This document shows positions 27,719 to 39,900 of a stretch of DNA of 64,000 nucleotides, in pieces (the first letter of the stretch is position 1; each line of letters begins with the position of its first letter). This DNA comes from Ruminococcus sp. GTDB lineage: Bacteria > Bacillota > Clostridia > Oscillospirales > Acutalibacteraceae. A program made the position numbers and the translations under genes. The DNA is taken from contig JAFUIK010000035.1 of NCBI GenBank assembly GCA_017473955.1, forward strand, positions 32,529-96,528. Reading direction: 5' to 3'. Below the pieces are notes generated by a model, which ran no database searches, was not told where the DNA came from, and worked only from the letters and a program-made list of their open reading frames with translations.

Positions 27719-28582
27719 TCAAGAATTTTCTGAAGGAACAAAGCCTTTTCCGCTGATTGTACCTGCTGTTGTAACAATTATGAATGCGTGGGTATCAACA
27801 GAATGGACGAGGCTCTTGATTTTATGCACCTGTGACGGACGAACCGCACATAAAAGCACCTTTTTGGTATCGTTACTATAAGCTCCGTGAGCATCAAGCT
27901 GAGTAACTCCTCTGCCAATTTGGTCAATAATGAGAAGTGACACTTCCTCATAGTTAGAGGTAATAATAAACATCAGCTTGCCGTTGTCATGAGCAGTGCC
28001 GTAAAGCATAGCATCGAGCACCTTTGAGGTGACAAATTTAGCAATAATCGCATACAGAGCACTTTCAATGCTGTTGTAAACAATAGCGGCAGCGACAAAC
28101 ACAACCATATCGCATACTAGTCCTACTGTGCCCATAGAGATGTGAGGATGGTGCTTATGGATAATACGTGAAATGATATCCGTACCACCTGAGCTACCTC
28201 CTCTAAAGAAGATAAATGCAAGACCGACACCCGCAAACAAGCCACCGAATATAGCAGCCAGCAAAGTATCGCCGTGATATTTGTAGGTTATCGGTTCGGT
28301 AAGGTCGATAATTAGCGACACGAACACGGTTGCTGTGACGGTTTTAGCTAGAAACTGCTTTCCGTTTTCAATCGCACCCCAAATAAACAGCGGAATATTT
28401 AGCACCAGTATAACAACACCGATAGGTAAATCGAACAGGTAATTAAGGATAGTACCGATACCCGTTAATCCACCGGGGGCTATATCATTTGGCGACGTAA
28501 AAATATTGACCGATGCACCATAAATACTGGCACCTAAAAAAATTATGACGTAATCGAGTATACCGTTAAAAAACTTCTTCAT
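27719..28582 (-). CDS. YitT-family membrane protein
   Basis: APGGLTG, LNIPLF, SGGTDI, RGVT...GAY, D..AFI. Confidence 0.9.
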   Translation of the reverse strand: MKKFFNGILDYVIIFLGASIYGASVNIFTSPNDIAPGGLTGIGTILNYLFDLPIGVVILVLNIPLFIWGAIENGKQFLAKTVTATVFVSLIIDLTEPITYKYHGDTLLAAIFGGLFAGVGLAFIFFRGGSSGGTDIISRIIHKHHPHISMGTVGLVCDMVVFVAAAIVYNSIESALYAIIAKFVTSKVLDAMLYGTAHDNGKLMFIITSNYEEVSLLIIDQIGRGVTQLDAHGAYSNDTKKVLLCAVRPSQVHKIKSLVHSVDTHAFIIVTTAGTISGKGFVPSENS

Positions 28583-28985
28583 AATTACACCTCGACATTT
28601 CGAGTATCGACATAAAAAGCTCTTTGATTCTTTCAGTTTTGCCACTAAGGTAAAGATAACCGAAAAGTGCTTCCAAACCTGTTGCTGCGTGATAATCCGC
28701 TAGGGACGAATGCTTTGATGCAGAATTCACCTTGACATTTCTGCCACGCTTGTATACATCAAGCTCGTCTTCAGAAAGACAATCAATTATCACTTTAACA
28801 GCATCTGCCTGACTCTTACAATTAACGAGCGTTACTTTCATACGGTTAAGCTCTTTCACAGGACGATTGGCAAGTGATACAAGATGCTGTCTCACAAGCA
28901 AATCGTACACAGAGTCGCCCACAAAAGCAAGCGTTAATGGTGAAAGCGAATGAACATCGCTAACAATATCAAGTAAATTACTCAT
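28566..28985 (-). CDS. mrnC: Mini-ribonuclease III
   Basis: LAFVGDSVY.L, KRGRN, Y..ATGLEALFGYLYL. Confidence 0.93.
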   Translation of the reverse strand: MSNLLDIVSDVHSLSPLTLAFVGDSVYDLLVRQHLVSLANRPVKELNRMKVTLVNCKSQADAVKVIIDCLSEDELDVYKRGRNVKVNSASKHSSLADYHAATGLEALFGYLYLSGKTERIKELFMSILEMSRCNYEEVF

Positions 28986-28993
28986 AGTCCCTC

Positions 28994-30274
<1,281 letters not shown>

Positions 30275-30296
30275 TCAAATATATCAGTATTCAATA

Positions 30297-30605
30297 TCAC
30301 TCTTCGTGGTCTTTAAAAATCGCATCAGGATGCTCACACTTATCCGGCTTAGAGTTTACTTTTGAGCTCTTGTGAGAAACATACTGGCTAAGCAAAAGCA
30401 CTATTAGTAAGAAAGTAAATATAATGCCCCACATAATTCTGCCCGATACAAAATTAGAAATCGTACAGACAAGCAACACAATCGTAAGCAAAAGTGTTAT
30501 AAGGTTAACACTTCCCTTTTTCATAGAGCCATATACATCTTTTGCCTGATTAGCATTTGCAGCTACAGGACGATTTTTCATAAAATCTCTTTCATTATTT
30601 TCCAT
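30297..30605 (-). CDS. Small hypothetical membrane protein (2 TM)
   Basis: Two hydrophobic segments; GGTGG RBS. Confidence 0.65.
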   Translation of the reverse strand: MENNERDFMKNRPVAANANQAKDVYGSMKKGSVNLITLLLTIVLLVCTISNFVSGRIMWGIIFTFLLIVLLLSQYVSHKSSKVNSKPDKCEHPDAIFKDHEE

Positions 30606-30624
30606 AATACCACCAACTGAATAT

Positions 30625-30655
30625 AAAAAACAAGGGCGGATATAACATCCGCCCT
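30625..30655 (-). terminator. Terminator after rpmA
   Basis: AGGGCGGAT-loop-ATCCGCCCT plus T-rich tail. Confidence 0.75.
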
Positions 30656-30661
30656 AAAAAA

Positions 30662-30946
30662 TTACTGCTCTACAGGGTAAACGCTTGCACGCTTTCTGTC
30701 CTTACCAACGCGTTCGAAACGAACAACGCCGTCAACCTTAGCAAATAAAGAGTCATCAGAACCACGACCTACGTTCTGGCCTGGGTGGATGTGAGTACCT
30801 CTCTGCTTAACAAGAATGTTACCAGCGAGAACGAACTGACCGTCAGCACGCTTTACGCCAAGACGCTTTGACTCACTGTCACGGCCGTTCTTTGTAGAAC
30901 CCATACCTTTTTTATGAGCGAATAACTGAATGTTAATTTTAAGCAT
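30662..30946 (-). CDS. rpmA: 50S ribosomal protein L27 with Prp-cleaved N-terminal extension
   Basis: [22 protein letters not shown]. Confidence 0.98.
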   Translation of the reverse strand: MLKINIQLFAHKKGMGSTKNGRDSESKRLGVKRADGQFVLAGNILVKQRGTHIHPGQNVGRGSDDSLFAKVDGVVRFERVGKDRKRASVYPVEQ

Positions 30947-30949
30947 TAT

Positions 30950-31267
30950 TTACACCTCCGAAATAGTTACTTTCATATACTTTTTGTACTCCTCACAAAG
31001 GGAGTTAACATGTAGCACAAAACCATCTAATATATCCGAACACTTTTGTGCTGATGATTCATCGAGTTTCAGCTTCATCAAACCGTCTTCACAGATTAAA
31101 GTTTCAGGCTCAACACTAATGATATCAGTGATTGTGTTAGCTGTCATATAAGCTGCCGACGAAACCGCCGAACAAATTATATCTTCGCCTTCCTCACCGT
31201 ATCCTGCGTGACCTTTGATTTCAAATCCTAAAGTAGGTTTCAAACCGAAAATTTCGACTTTAATCAT
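30950..31267 (-). CDS. prp: Ribosomal-processing cysteine protease Prp
   Basis: GHAG..DIICSAVS; located between rplU and rpmA. Confidence 0.93.
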   Translation of the reverse strand: MIKVEIFGLKPTLGFEIKGHAGYGEEGEDIICSAVSSAAYMTANTITDIISVEPETLICEDGLMKLKLDESSAQKCSDILDGFVLHVNSLCEEYKKYMKVTISEV

Positions 31268-31269
31268 AA

Positions 31270-31578
31270 TTAGCCAACGATTGACTTGATCTCAACCTTT
31301 GTGTATGGCTGTCTGTGACCGAGCTTTCTCTTCTCGCCCTTCTTTGGCTTGTAAGTAGCAACGATAATTTTCTTGCCCTTACCGCTCTTAACAACCTCAC
31401 CTGTTACAGTAGCACCCTCAACGTATGGAGCACCAACCTTGAGACCGTCTTCTGTTGACAAAGCAACTACTTTGAAGTCAACAGTAGCATTGTCCTCAGC
31501 GTTAAGCTTCTCAACATAGATAACGTCGCCGTTAGCTACCTTGTACTGCTTACCGCCTGTTTCGATAACTGCGTACAT
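31270..31578 (-). CDS. rplU: 50S ribosomal protein L21
   Basis: [19 protein letters not shown]. Confidence 0.98.
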   Translation of the reverse strand: MYAVIETGGKQYKVANGDVIYVEKLNAEDNATVDFKVVALSTEDGLKVGAPYVEGATVTGEVVKSGKGKKIIVATYKPKKGEKRKLGHRQPYTKVEIKSIVG

Positions 31579-31599
31579 TTAATTCATTCCTTTATATCT

Positions 31600-31657
31600 A
31601 GACTCGCTATGTGATGGGTGGAGCAAAGCTCGCTTGTGACCCACAATATGCGGCTTA
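31600..31657 (-). ncRNA. L21 leader-like RNA
   Basis: Hairpin TGTG..GGGT/ACCC..CACA ending in AGCGAGTC upstream of rplU, just after a promoter. Confidence 0.6.
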
Positions 31658-31660
31658 TAT

Positions 31661-31689
31661 ACTATATCACAACGAAAATTTGTTGTCAA
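31661..31689 (-). promoter_or_regulatory. rplU promoter
   Basis: TTGACA-17bp-TATAGT with TG extension. Confidence 0.75.
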
Positions 31690-31803
31690 TAATATTTAAA
31701 AATTTATTTTGTTGTTGCAAGTGCAAACAATCACTCTGTTTTTGCTAACGCAAAAACCAGCTCACTTTGTACATATAGTAAGCACTAACTCACACCTGAT
31801 ATA

Positions 31804-32655
31804 TTACAAATTATTCTGGAGTTTACAAGCTTTTAAAGTGTTTTTCATCAGCACTGCGATTGTCATAGGGCCAACACCGCCAGGAACTGGTGTGATATAT
31901 GAGCATTTAGGAGCTACTGCATCAAAGTCAACATCACCGCAAAGCTTACCATTTTCATCTCTGTTCATACCAACGTCGATTACAACCGCACCGTCCTTTA
32001 CCATATCTGCACCGACAAATTTCGCTTTACCTATAGCCGCTACTAAGATATCAGCCTTGTTAGTAACGTTCTTCAAATCTACTGTACGGCTGTGTGTGAT
32101 AGTAACGGTACCGTTTTTATGTAAGAGCAACATACCCATAGGCTTACCTACGATGTTACTTCTGCCGATAACAACACAGTTCTTTCCTGTTACGTCGATA
32201 TCATAGTATGAGAGCATTTCCATAACACCTGCCGGAGTGCAAGGTAAGAAGTCATACTCACCAATCATAATCTTACCTACGTTGCTTGCGTGGAAAGCGT
32301 CAACGTCCTTTTTAGGTGAGATAGCCTCGATTACAGCTTTTTCGTCAAGGTGTTTTGGAAGCGGAAGCTGACACAAAATGCCGTTTACAGCTTCCCTGTT
32401 ATTAAGCTCATCAACTAAAGCCATAAGCTCATCCTGTGTAGTTTCAGCCGGCAACGCATACTCAAGGCTATTAAAGCCAACATACTCGCAGGCTTTTTTC
32501 TTATTATTTACATAAACACGTGATGCAGGATCGTCACCAACGATGATAACTGCTAAAGTTATGTCAACGCCCTTTTCTTTTAAGGCGAGAGTTTCTGCTT
32601 TAACCTCGTCTTTTACGCTCTGTGATACTAATTTACCATCAATAATTTTATACAT
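31804..32655 (-). CDS. folD: Methylene-THF dehydrogenase/cyclohydrolase
   Basis: GILCQLPLP, KDVD, PCTP.G, GRSNIVGKP, TPVPGGVGPMT. Confidence 0.97.
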   Translation of the reverse strand: MYKIIDGKLVSQSVKDEVKAETLALKEKGVDITLAVIIVGDDPASRVYVNNKKKACEYVGFNSLEYALPAETTQDELMALVDELNNREAVNGILCQLPLPKHLDEKAVIEAISPKKDVDAFHASNVGKIMIGEYDFLPCTPAGVMEMLSYYDIDVTGKNCVVIGRSNIVGKPMGMLLLHKNGTVTITHSRTVDLKNVTNKADILVAAIGKAKFVGADMVKDGAVVIDVGMNRDENGKLCGDVDFDAVAPKCSYITPVPGGVGPMTIAVLMKNTLKACKLQNNL

Positions 32656-32690
32656 TTTCTGCCTCCTCAGATTCTGTTTCGTTATTTTTA

Positions 32691-33521
32691 CTATCCGCCA
32701 CAGACACTTTTTTCTTTTATGTGGTCGTTTTTATTTCTAAATATTATAAGCAACACTATACATACTACTACAAGTACAAGCGACAGCACCTGTGACACTC
32801 GCGGTTGATAGTCACCTATCATAAACGGCAGGTATAAGCTGTCTGTGCGTAAGTCCTCGACAAAGGTACGCTCCAAGCCATACCACACCATATAAAGCAG
32901 TGATACCTGTCCGAAGTATTTCTGCCATTTCTTGCTGAATATATGTAGCACTAAAACACCAAGTGCACACCACACGGATTCATACAAAAAGCACGGGTGC
33001 ACCGCAACACCGTGGGTGCCTTCGCTTACCATTCTGAACAGCGAGTCGGTTTCAACCCCATAGGCTTCCTGATTCATAAAATTGCCCCATCTGCCCACAG
33101 CCTGACCGATTAAAAAGCAAATCATAGCAAGATCAAGCACAGGCAGAAGTTTCATTTTCTGAATTTTCGCAACAGTTAAGCCACCGAGCAACGCTCCGAT
33201 AATCGCACCGTAAATCGCTATACCTCCATCACGGATATTGAGTATATCCGACGGATTCTGTGAGAAATAATCCCACTTAAACGCTACATAGTACAGTCTT
33301 GCTCCTAAAATCGCCGTTATCATACCAACGATAAAACAGTTGATAAGTTTATCTAAATCAACAGAAAATCGCTTAGCGTTGAAATACGCGTATAGCAAAG
33401 CGAGTATAACACCGCTTGCAATACAGATAGCGTACCAGTAAATATTGAATCCGCCGATTGAAAAAGCAACGCGGTTTATTGTAAACTCAAGTCCCAAACC
33501 AGGGAAAGATACGTTAAACAT
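32691..33521 (-). CDS. lgt: Prolipoprotein diacylglyceryl transferase
   Basis: GARLYYV, GGIAIYG, GRWGNFMNQE.YG, HP.FLYES. Confidence 0.96.
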   Translation of the reverse strand: MFNVSFPGLGLEFTINRVAFSIGGFNIYWYAICIASGVILALLYAYFNAKRFSVDLDKLINCFIVGMITAILGARLYYVAFKWDYFSQNPSDILNIRDGGIAIYGAIIGALLGGLTVAKIQKMKLLPVLDLAMICFLIGQAVGRWGNFMNQEAYGVETDSLFRMVSEGTHGVAVHPCFLYESVWCALGVLVLHIFSKKWQKYFGQVSLLYMVWYGLERTFVEDLRTDSLYLPFMIGDYQPRVSQVLSLVLVVVCIVLLIIFRNKNDHIKEKSVCGG

Positions 33522-33537
33522 AGCACCCTCCCCCTTT

Positions 33538-34809
33538 TTAGTTGTTTTTGATAACAGAAAGTGTTGTTTTTTCTGTATCAAGCATTGTGCTTAATCTTTC
33601 TGTAATATCTTCTATTGTAGCATTAGCTATAGCGTCGATATAAGTGTATAATTCTCTATCAGAAAAATCGAAGTCAGTTAAGATGTTCGCTATATGATCA
33701 GTTGAGTTAAGTGCTGAAATAGCGTCGCCGTAAGTCGCACGCTTTGCGATTTCAAACTCTTCGCTGTCAATACCCTTAACCTTAAGTTCTTCGATATACT
33801 GCTTGATTGTTTCACTTACCTTTTCAGGTGCACGCGATTCACCTGAAAAAATTGTGCCTAAAAAACCTTCGCCTTCAAAGAACTCATAAGAGAAGCTTGC
33901 GTTAATAAGATTTTCGTCCATCATTTTACGATAAAGCACACTAGTTGATGACGCGATAAGGAATAACAGGATTTCTGAATAAGCAAGAGTCTTTTCGTCA
34001 ACTCGCTTATCCCCTGCTTTTTCTTTAAAACCGAGATTAAACAACGGTAAACCTACAGGAAGTTTCTGCTCGACATATGGAGCTAAAACACCATCAGGCT
34101 CTTCTTCGAATATATTTTCAATTTCGTGATACTCAGACTTTTTGAGCATTTTGTCAGCTATTGAGAGAACAGTATCAACTTTCACATTACCCGCTACACA
34201 AAGCACCATATTGTTAAGGTTATAATAGGTGTTGTAGCAGGTGTACAGGTATTCAGGGGTAATTTCTGCAATCGACTCTACAGTGCCTGCGATATCAATT
34301 CGTACAGGGTGATTCTTGTACATATTCATCAGCATATTAAACATTACTCGCCACGCAGGTGAATCGTCGTACATTTTGATTTCCTGACCGATAATACCCT
34401 GCTCTTTAGCAACAGTTTCCTTTGTGAAATAAGGAGACTGAACAAAGTCAAGTAGTATCTCAAGGCTTTCTTCAAAATTGTCTGTACAAGAGAACAGATA
34501 ACAGGTTTTGTCAAAGCTTGTATACGCATTTGCGTTAGCTCCTGTTTTAGCGTAACGCGAAAAAGCGTCGCCATCTTCACTTTCAAAGAGCTTGTGCTCA
34601 AGGTAGTGAGCGATACCGTCAGGAACCTTTACGACTTCACCGCCATCAACTTTGAACGTATTGTTAATACTTCCGTATCTTGTGCCAAAAATCGCATATG
34701 TTGAGCTGTAGCCCTCTTTAGGATATACGTAAATAGTAAGACCTGAGTCGTGTTTGATTTTATAATACTTTTCAGAGAGGGACGCTGATTTTATTTCTTT
34801 AATATCCAT
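33538..34809 (-). CDS. M16 zinc peptidase (YmfH-like)
   Basis: DGIAHYLEHKLFE, NAYTSF, KEQGIIGQEI.MY.D. Confidence 0.9.
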   Translation of the reverse strand: MDIKEIKSASLSEKYYKIKHDSGLTIYVYPKEGYSSTYAIFGTRYGSINNTFKVDGGEVVKVPDGIAHYLEHKLFESEDGDAFSRYAKTGANANAYTSFDKTCYLFSCTDNFEESLEILLDFVQSPYFTKETVAKEQGIIGQEIKMYDDSPAWRVMFNMLMNMYKNHPVRIDIAGTVESIAEITPEYLYTCYNTYYNLNNMVLCVAGNVKVDTVLSIADKMLKKSEYHEIENIFEEEPDGVLAPYVEQKLPVGLPLFNLGFKEKAGDKRVDEKTLAYSEILLFLIASSTSVLYRKMMDENLINASFSYEFFEGEGFLGTIFSGESRAPEKVSETIKQYIEELKVKGIDSEEFEIAKRATYGDAISALNSTDHIANILTDFDFSDRELYTYIDAIANATIEDITERLSTMLDTEKTTLSVIKNN

Positions 34810-34811
34810 AA

Positions 34812-36098
34812 TCACACCTCTTCCTCGTTTTCGCCACTAACACCAGTTAAAGTAAAAACTGTGTCTAATGTAAGCTTATTTGCACAACGGATAACATCTT
34901 CCTTTGTGACTGCGTTTACTTTTTCCACACACTCGAGTGGTGACAAAACCTCTTTATCAAACATCTGTGACATATAGTGCCCGCTGATTCCGCCGACAGT
35001 ATCACAATTTGAGTTAAAAGCGTTCGCCATACTCATCTTAGTAGCTTCAATCTCTTCGTCAGTAATATCGCCGTTTTGCATAGCCTTAATTTCGCCTAAA
35101 ATAGCTTCTTTTGCTTTTTCGATATTCTCACGCTCTACGCCACTCTCGATAAGCATAATGCCTTTCTGTCTAATGTATGATGATGAGCAATAATAGCAAA
35201 GGCTTAGCTTTTCTCTGACGTTACAGAAAAGCTTTGAGTGAGCAGTACCGCCTAAAACTGCACACATCATACGTGCTGCCATTGTATCATCAGGCTCTGC
35301 CACATCAGTTCGAAAACCTAAAATCATTTTAGACTGTGAAAGTTCCATATCTTCGTTACCGATTTTTACATTCTCTGCTTTTCTGATAACATCTGTTGTC
35401 AGTTCAATAGGACTTCTTTTTATTTCATTAAAACGTTTGTTGAATACATCAAAAGCAATAGATGAATCAGAATCACCAACGTAGATTATCTCAAATCTTG
35501 CAGAGCTTAACATATTTTGCCACGCGTTGTATAAATCCTCAGGTGTGGCAGACAGAACGCTTTCTCTGTCGCCGTAGCGTTTGATACCAAAAGCCTCACT
35601 TTCGCACATAAGGCTTAAGGCTTTATTTTTAGCATACACACGCTTTTCGTTGAACTCAGAGTCAATCATATCAACAAGCTGTCTACGCTCTTGCTCACAT
35701 TCTGTGCAATCAAACGCACCGTCTTTCACAAATGGGTCAAAAATAATGTCACACATTAAATCTGACAGCTCCTTAGAAATAACATCATCATTCAAAGCAT
35801 AGCGGTCATCAATACCCGAAATTGAAAATGTGAGGGCTTGAACATCGCCAATCTTAGAAAAACCAGATGACAGTGACGCCCCGTAAAGATACGAAAGCTT
35901 TCTTGACAACAAAGTAAAGTCAGGATACTTATTGCAAGAACGTGTAAGCACAAGCGACATTAACGCGTTTTGGGAAGCAGTTTCTTTTTTTAGCGGTAAG
36001 TAAGCGGTAACAGAAATACGCATAGTTTTGAAGCGGCTTTCCTTGACCGTATTAAATGCAACCAAGGGTGCAATTTCTTTTCTTGATAGTTTGCTCAT
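34812..36098 (-). CDS. M16 non-catalytic partner (YmfF-like)
   Basis: SKLF.NVREK.SLCYY motif; no HxxEH; paired with the YmfH-like gene. Confidence 0.88.
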   Translation of the reverse strand: MSKLSRKEIAPLVAFNTVKESRFKTMRISVTAYLPLKKETASQNALMSLVLTRSCNKYPDFTLLSRKLSYLYGASLSSGFSKIGDVQALTFSISGIDDRYALNDDVISKELSDLMCDIIFDPFVKDGAFDCTECEQERRQLVDMIDSEFNEKRVYAKNKALSLMCESEAFGIKRYGDRESVLSATPEDLYNAWQNMLSSARFEIIYVGDSDSSIAFDVFNKRFNEIKRSPIELTTDVIRKAENVKIGNEDMELSQSKMILGFRTDVAEPDDTMAARMMCAVLGGTAHSKLFCNVREKLSLCYYCSSSYIRQKGIMLIESGVERENIEKAKEAILGEIKAMQNGDITDEEIEATKMSMANAFNSNCDTVGGISGHYMSQMFDKEVLSPLECVEKVNAVTKEDVIRCANKLTLDTVFTLTGVSGENEEEV

Positions 36099-36218
36099 AT
36101 TATCCTCCAAATTAAATTTGGTTATTAAATCCAGTGTTTTTTCTATAACTTAGCTATTGTATCACAACAAAAAGGATTTGTATATAAAATATTTTGTCAG
36201 AAAAGTTTATTTTTATTA

Positions 36219-36247
36219 TTGACAAACCAATTAATTAATGATATAAT
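36219..36247 (+). promoter_or_regulatory. Consensus sigmaA promoter of tRNA-Leu
   Basis: TTGACA-17bp-TATAAT with TG extension. Confidence 0.85.
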
Positions 36248-36273
36248 ACCCACTGTTCGAGAAAAAAATATTC

Positions 36274-36357
36274 GCGAGTGTGCTGGAATAGGCAGACAGG
36301 CACGTTTGAGGGGCGTGTGTCTTCGACGTACGGGTTCAAGTCCCGTCACTCGCACCA
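36274..36357 (+). tRNA. tRNA-Leu(GAG)
   Basis: GCGAGTG/CACTCGC acceptor stem, anticodon loop TT-GAG-GG, long variable arm, GGTTCAAGTCC T-arm, encoded CCA. Confidence 0.95.
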
Positions 36358-36789
36358 AAACAAGGAACCGACTCAAATGAGTCGGTTTTTTGTTTTGCAT
36401 ACACTTAGAGTACGGGACTTGAAGCCTAAGAGGGCTTTGAGCGTTAAGCAAAACAGTATAGATTACTGTTTTGTAGCGAAAAGGTGCGAAATCGGGTACC
36501 GAATGCAAAGCATTGGGTCGATGAGCACGAAAGATTTTACGCAGTAAAAGCTTTGTCCCGTCACTCGCACCAAAACAGGAAACCGACTCAAAAGAGTCGG
36601 TTTTTTGTTTTGCATACACTTAGAGTACGGGACTTGAAGCCTAAGAGGGCTTTGAGCGTTAAGCAAAACAGTATAGATTACTGTTTTGTAGCGAAAAGGT
36701 GCGGAATCGGGTACCGAATGCAAAGCATTGGGTCGATAAGCACGAAAGGTTTTTACACAGTAAAAAACTTTGTCCTGTTACTCGAACAA
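36340..36789 (+). repeat. tRNA-linked tandem repeat: two ~215-bp units plus a degenerate third tRNA 3' end
   Basis: GTCCCGTCACTCGCACCA at 36340 and 36555, GTCCTGTTACTCGAACAA at 36772; unit bodies nearly identical. Confidence 0.92.
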
Positions 36790-36888
36790 TAAAAGGTTCA
36801 CCAAAAGTGACCCTTTTTTATATTGAATTTGGTTATAGAAATCAAAGTTAAGATTTGCAATATGTCGATATGATTTATGATTTACATA

Positions 36889-36918
36889 CAAAAAGCGGGA
36901 ACCGATTGGTTCCCGCTT
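36889..36918 (-). terminator. Terminator after the 2439-aa gene
   Basis: AAGCGGGAACC-loop-GGTTCCCGCTT plus T-run. Confidence 0.85.
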
Positions 36919-36928
36919 CGTTTTGTAT

Positions 36929-39900
36929 TTAGCCGTTGTGTGCTAAGTAAATCTGTACATAGGTTGCATCCATAATCGACATATTTGAGTCTAAGTCGAA
37001 GTCTGAAACCATAGTGGCTGTTTTTGACAGCTCTGTCTTTCCTACGAGTGCTAACTGAATTGTTGTAGCATCGAGAATTGTAACAGATTTATCAGAATCC
37101 GCGTCACCCATCTTATAGATTGTGCCATCTATTGAAGTTGTAGCAACGCCTGCAACAGTTGCGTCGTTGTAAACCATATGGGTTGCAGACTTAACGAAGT
37201 CTCTGATGTATCTCTGTTCATCGTTATCATACTTTGTGAGGTCAACAACTGTTGTACCAACGTTCAGGTTGTCAACACCAAAGTAGTAAGTTGTATCAGC
37301 AGAGATAGTAACATCTATGGTTGCGTACATTGAATAAGAGTTTGTAAATACTAACTGTGTCGCTGTATCCTTCGGAACAGAAACAATAGCTTTGTACCAG
37401 TAATATGACTGAGTCTGTGAACTGTTCTTGGAAATAGCATTGCCATCCTTTACCATAGGTGTTGTAGTCTTACCTACTGTAACGTTTGGAATATAACGGT
37501 AAGATGATGATGACTTAAAGTAAACTGTTGCGTTATAAGTCTCAACCTCAATGCCGTAAGGGAATTTCTTAATAACAGATGTACCGGCAACGTTTGTATT
37601 ATCAACAGGTGTTACCTTTACATAAACTTCGTTTTCTACACCATTTTCAAGGTTAATATTTGTTGAAGCTGTAGTAAATGTAATCGGACCTGCAGCAACT
37701 TCGCCGTTTAAGTAAACTGTGTACTGGTACTTATCCTTTGCAAGCTCTTCACCGTCGAGCTTAGCTGTTGCAGATGGGGTTACTGTGAGTGTTGAACCAT
37801 CTTCGGACTGTACACCTGTAAACTCAACGTTCTCAACAGTATATTCAGGGAAGTAGCAATTAAATGTCTGTTTTTCAGTTTCAGCTGTCACATCAGCATC
37901 CTTCACAGAAACAACAACATAAACTTCATTTGTCTTTTCTGTAAGTGTAAGAGTGTAGCTTGTCTGAGTCATATCTGCACTGTATACATCCTTGCCATTG
38001 ACATAAACTGTCCATGTAACAAGACTCATATCAGTCAGTTCTTCGCCATTTACTGTTACATTTGCAGAAGGTGTGATAGTGAGCTTTTTGTCATCAAGTG
38101 AATCCTGTACACCTGTAAAGCTTGCATCAGAGATGATATACTCATCACGTTCTACAAGAGCATCATTATAAAGAGCACCGCCTGTTGAACTACTCATATA
38201 ATTCCAACGGGTAGCAACCCAGTCGTTGAGGTAGTAAACAGTGTTTGCGTATGCTGCTGTTGATGTACCTGACTGGTAGCAGTTTCCAACGTAGAAGTTA
38301 TATGAACGCTTGTTGTAGTCGGATGTAACCTTTGTACCCCAATCGTCTCCCTCATATGTAAGTGAGCCCCAACGAGCGTTATTCATATTTACTGAAGACT
38401 CAAATTTTGGTAACCATTCGTCTTCGATGATACCCTTTGTATCGTTTGTGATGCTTTCGTTGATAATGTAATTATTGAGTGCATCTACCATCTGGTTTGT
38501 CCAGATATACTGACAACGTTCCCAAACATAATCATTATGAACAAGCTTAGCCTGGAAGTTGTAGTTAGATTTCTTTGAAGTATCACCTGAGTCTGTTTTC
38601 AGAGCCTTGTCCTTAACGAACATCTGCTTTGGATTTGACATATTTTCGCTTGTTGTGACTGAAGAACCGTTGTAGATATATTTGAGGTCTTTAGCATAAG
38701 CACCAAATGCCCAGTCGTAGTCCCATACAGGTGATGAAACGAGTTTACCTGTGCTTAAATCATTATGGATGTAATAAGATGTTGCACAAGAGTCAAGGTT
38801 GATTGAAAGCTCCTGAAGCAGATACATCTTAGCAAATGAATCTACATCAACCGTAGCCTTAATAGCCTCTGTATCGTTAGCATAGATTGCAGCTTCAGCT
38901 GCTTCAAATTCGCTGATAATCCATTCCATTTCGTCTTTTGTTGCGAACTCAGGATATTTTACAACGACTGCCTGACCTGTACGTGGTGATACAAACCATG
39001 AAGCCTCGTTCTTATATCTGTTGTAGAGTTCGAACTCAAGGAGGTAGTTGTAATCAGTAATCTCATCTTCTGTTAATTCAGCAGATGGCTGCTTGTATGG
39101 ATAATTCTCTTCATCACTTGACTTTGTATACTGATATGTATATGTTTGGCCATTTACAGTAACTGAAGACTCAGCCTGTACTAAGTAATCTTCGAGCACA
39201 TCCATGATATCCTCGTCGTTGTAATATGCGATGTTAGCATCTTCGTTACCATCGTCGAGGTTCTTCATATCTTTCATCAATGTGTTCTTGCCGTACTCAA
39301 CCTTTTCAGTCACAACGTAAGCACCTAAATACTTACCGTTGTCATAAACGTCAACAAGACGAGTTTCAGGAGCGTACTTGATGCCGATGTCATCAGCAAG
39401 AGCGTAGATGAATGTGTTACGCATCATAGCGTGGTCAACGTTGTTAGCAAGTAAGCACCACTTCTTTGATGCAGTAGAGCCTTCAATGAGCTCAACCTTT
39501 GAATCAAGGTTGAAGTTGTAAGCGTACTTACCATAAAGTCTCATAGAAGCCTCAAATGATGAGTTACCTCTACCCTTAATCTTCTTGAGTACCGGGTCAG
39601 AGTTTACAATATGACCTGTTTCGTCATAGAAGTAGTAAGAACCCTTAGTTTCAATAGCGTCTTTGTAAACACCATTGAAGTTAGTAGTTGTAAGGCCTGA
39701 ACCTGCTGGCCAAGCGTTAGAGTCCATATAGTTGTCTGTAATGCCAGTGAAGAGTTCTTCCTTAGTAGTCATAAGCATTGCTGCTGTAGACTCTGTCTGG
39801 TAAACCTTGAGTGTACCGAGGTTAGTTGTTGTGCCGTTAGTAACACCAGTGACAGTGTGTGAACCTACAGTGAGGTTTACGGCATCGCCGTTGTTGTATG

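Noticed and set aside
30662-31578. L27 N-terminal extension and Prp as a novelty
   Set aside because: This is a well-known Firmicutes feature.
36340-36789. CRISPR array
   Set aside because: The units are ~215 bp and nearly identical throughout, with no unique spacers and no cas genes.
36197-36792. Four ORFs overlapping the tRNA and its repeats
   Set aside because: They are translations of the tRNA and repeat sequence, with no RBS or protein-like features.
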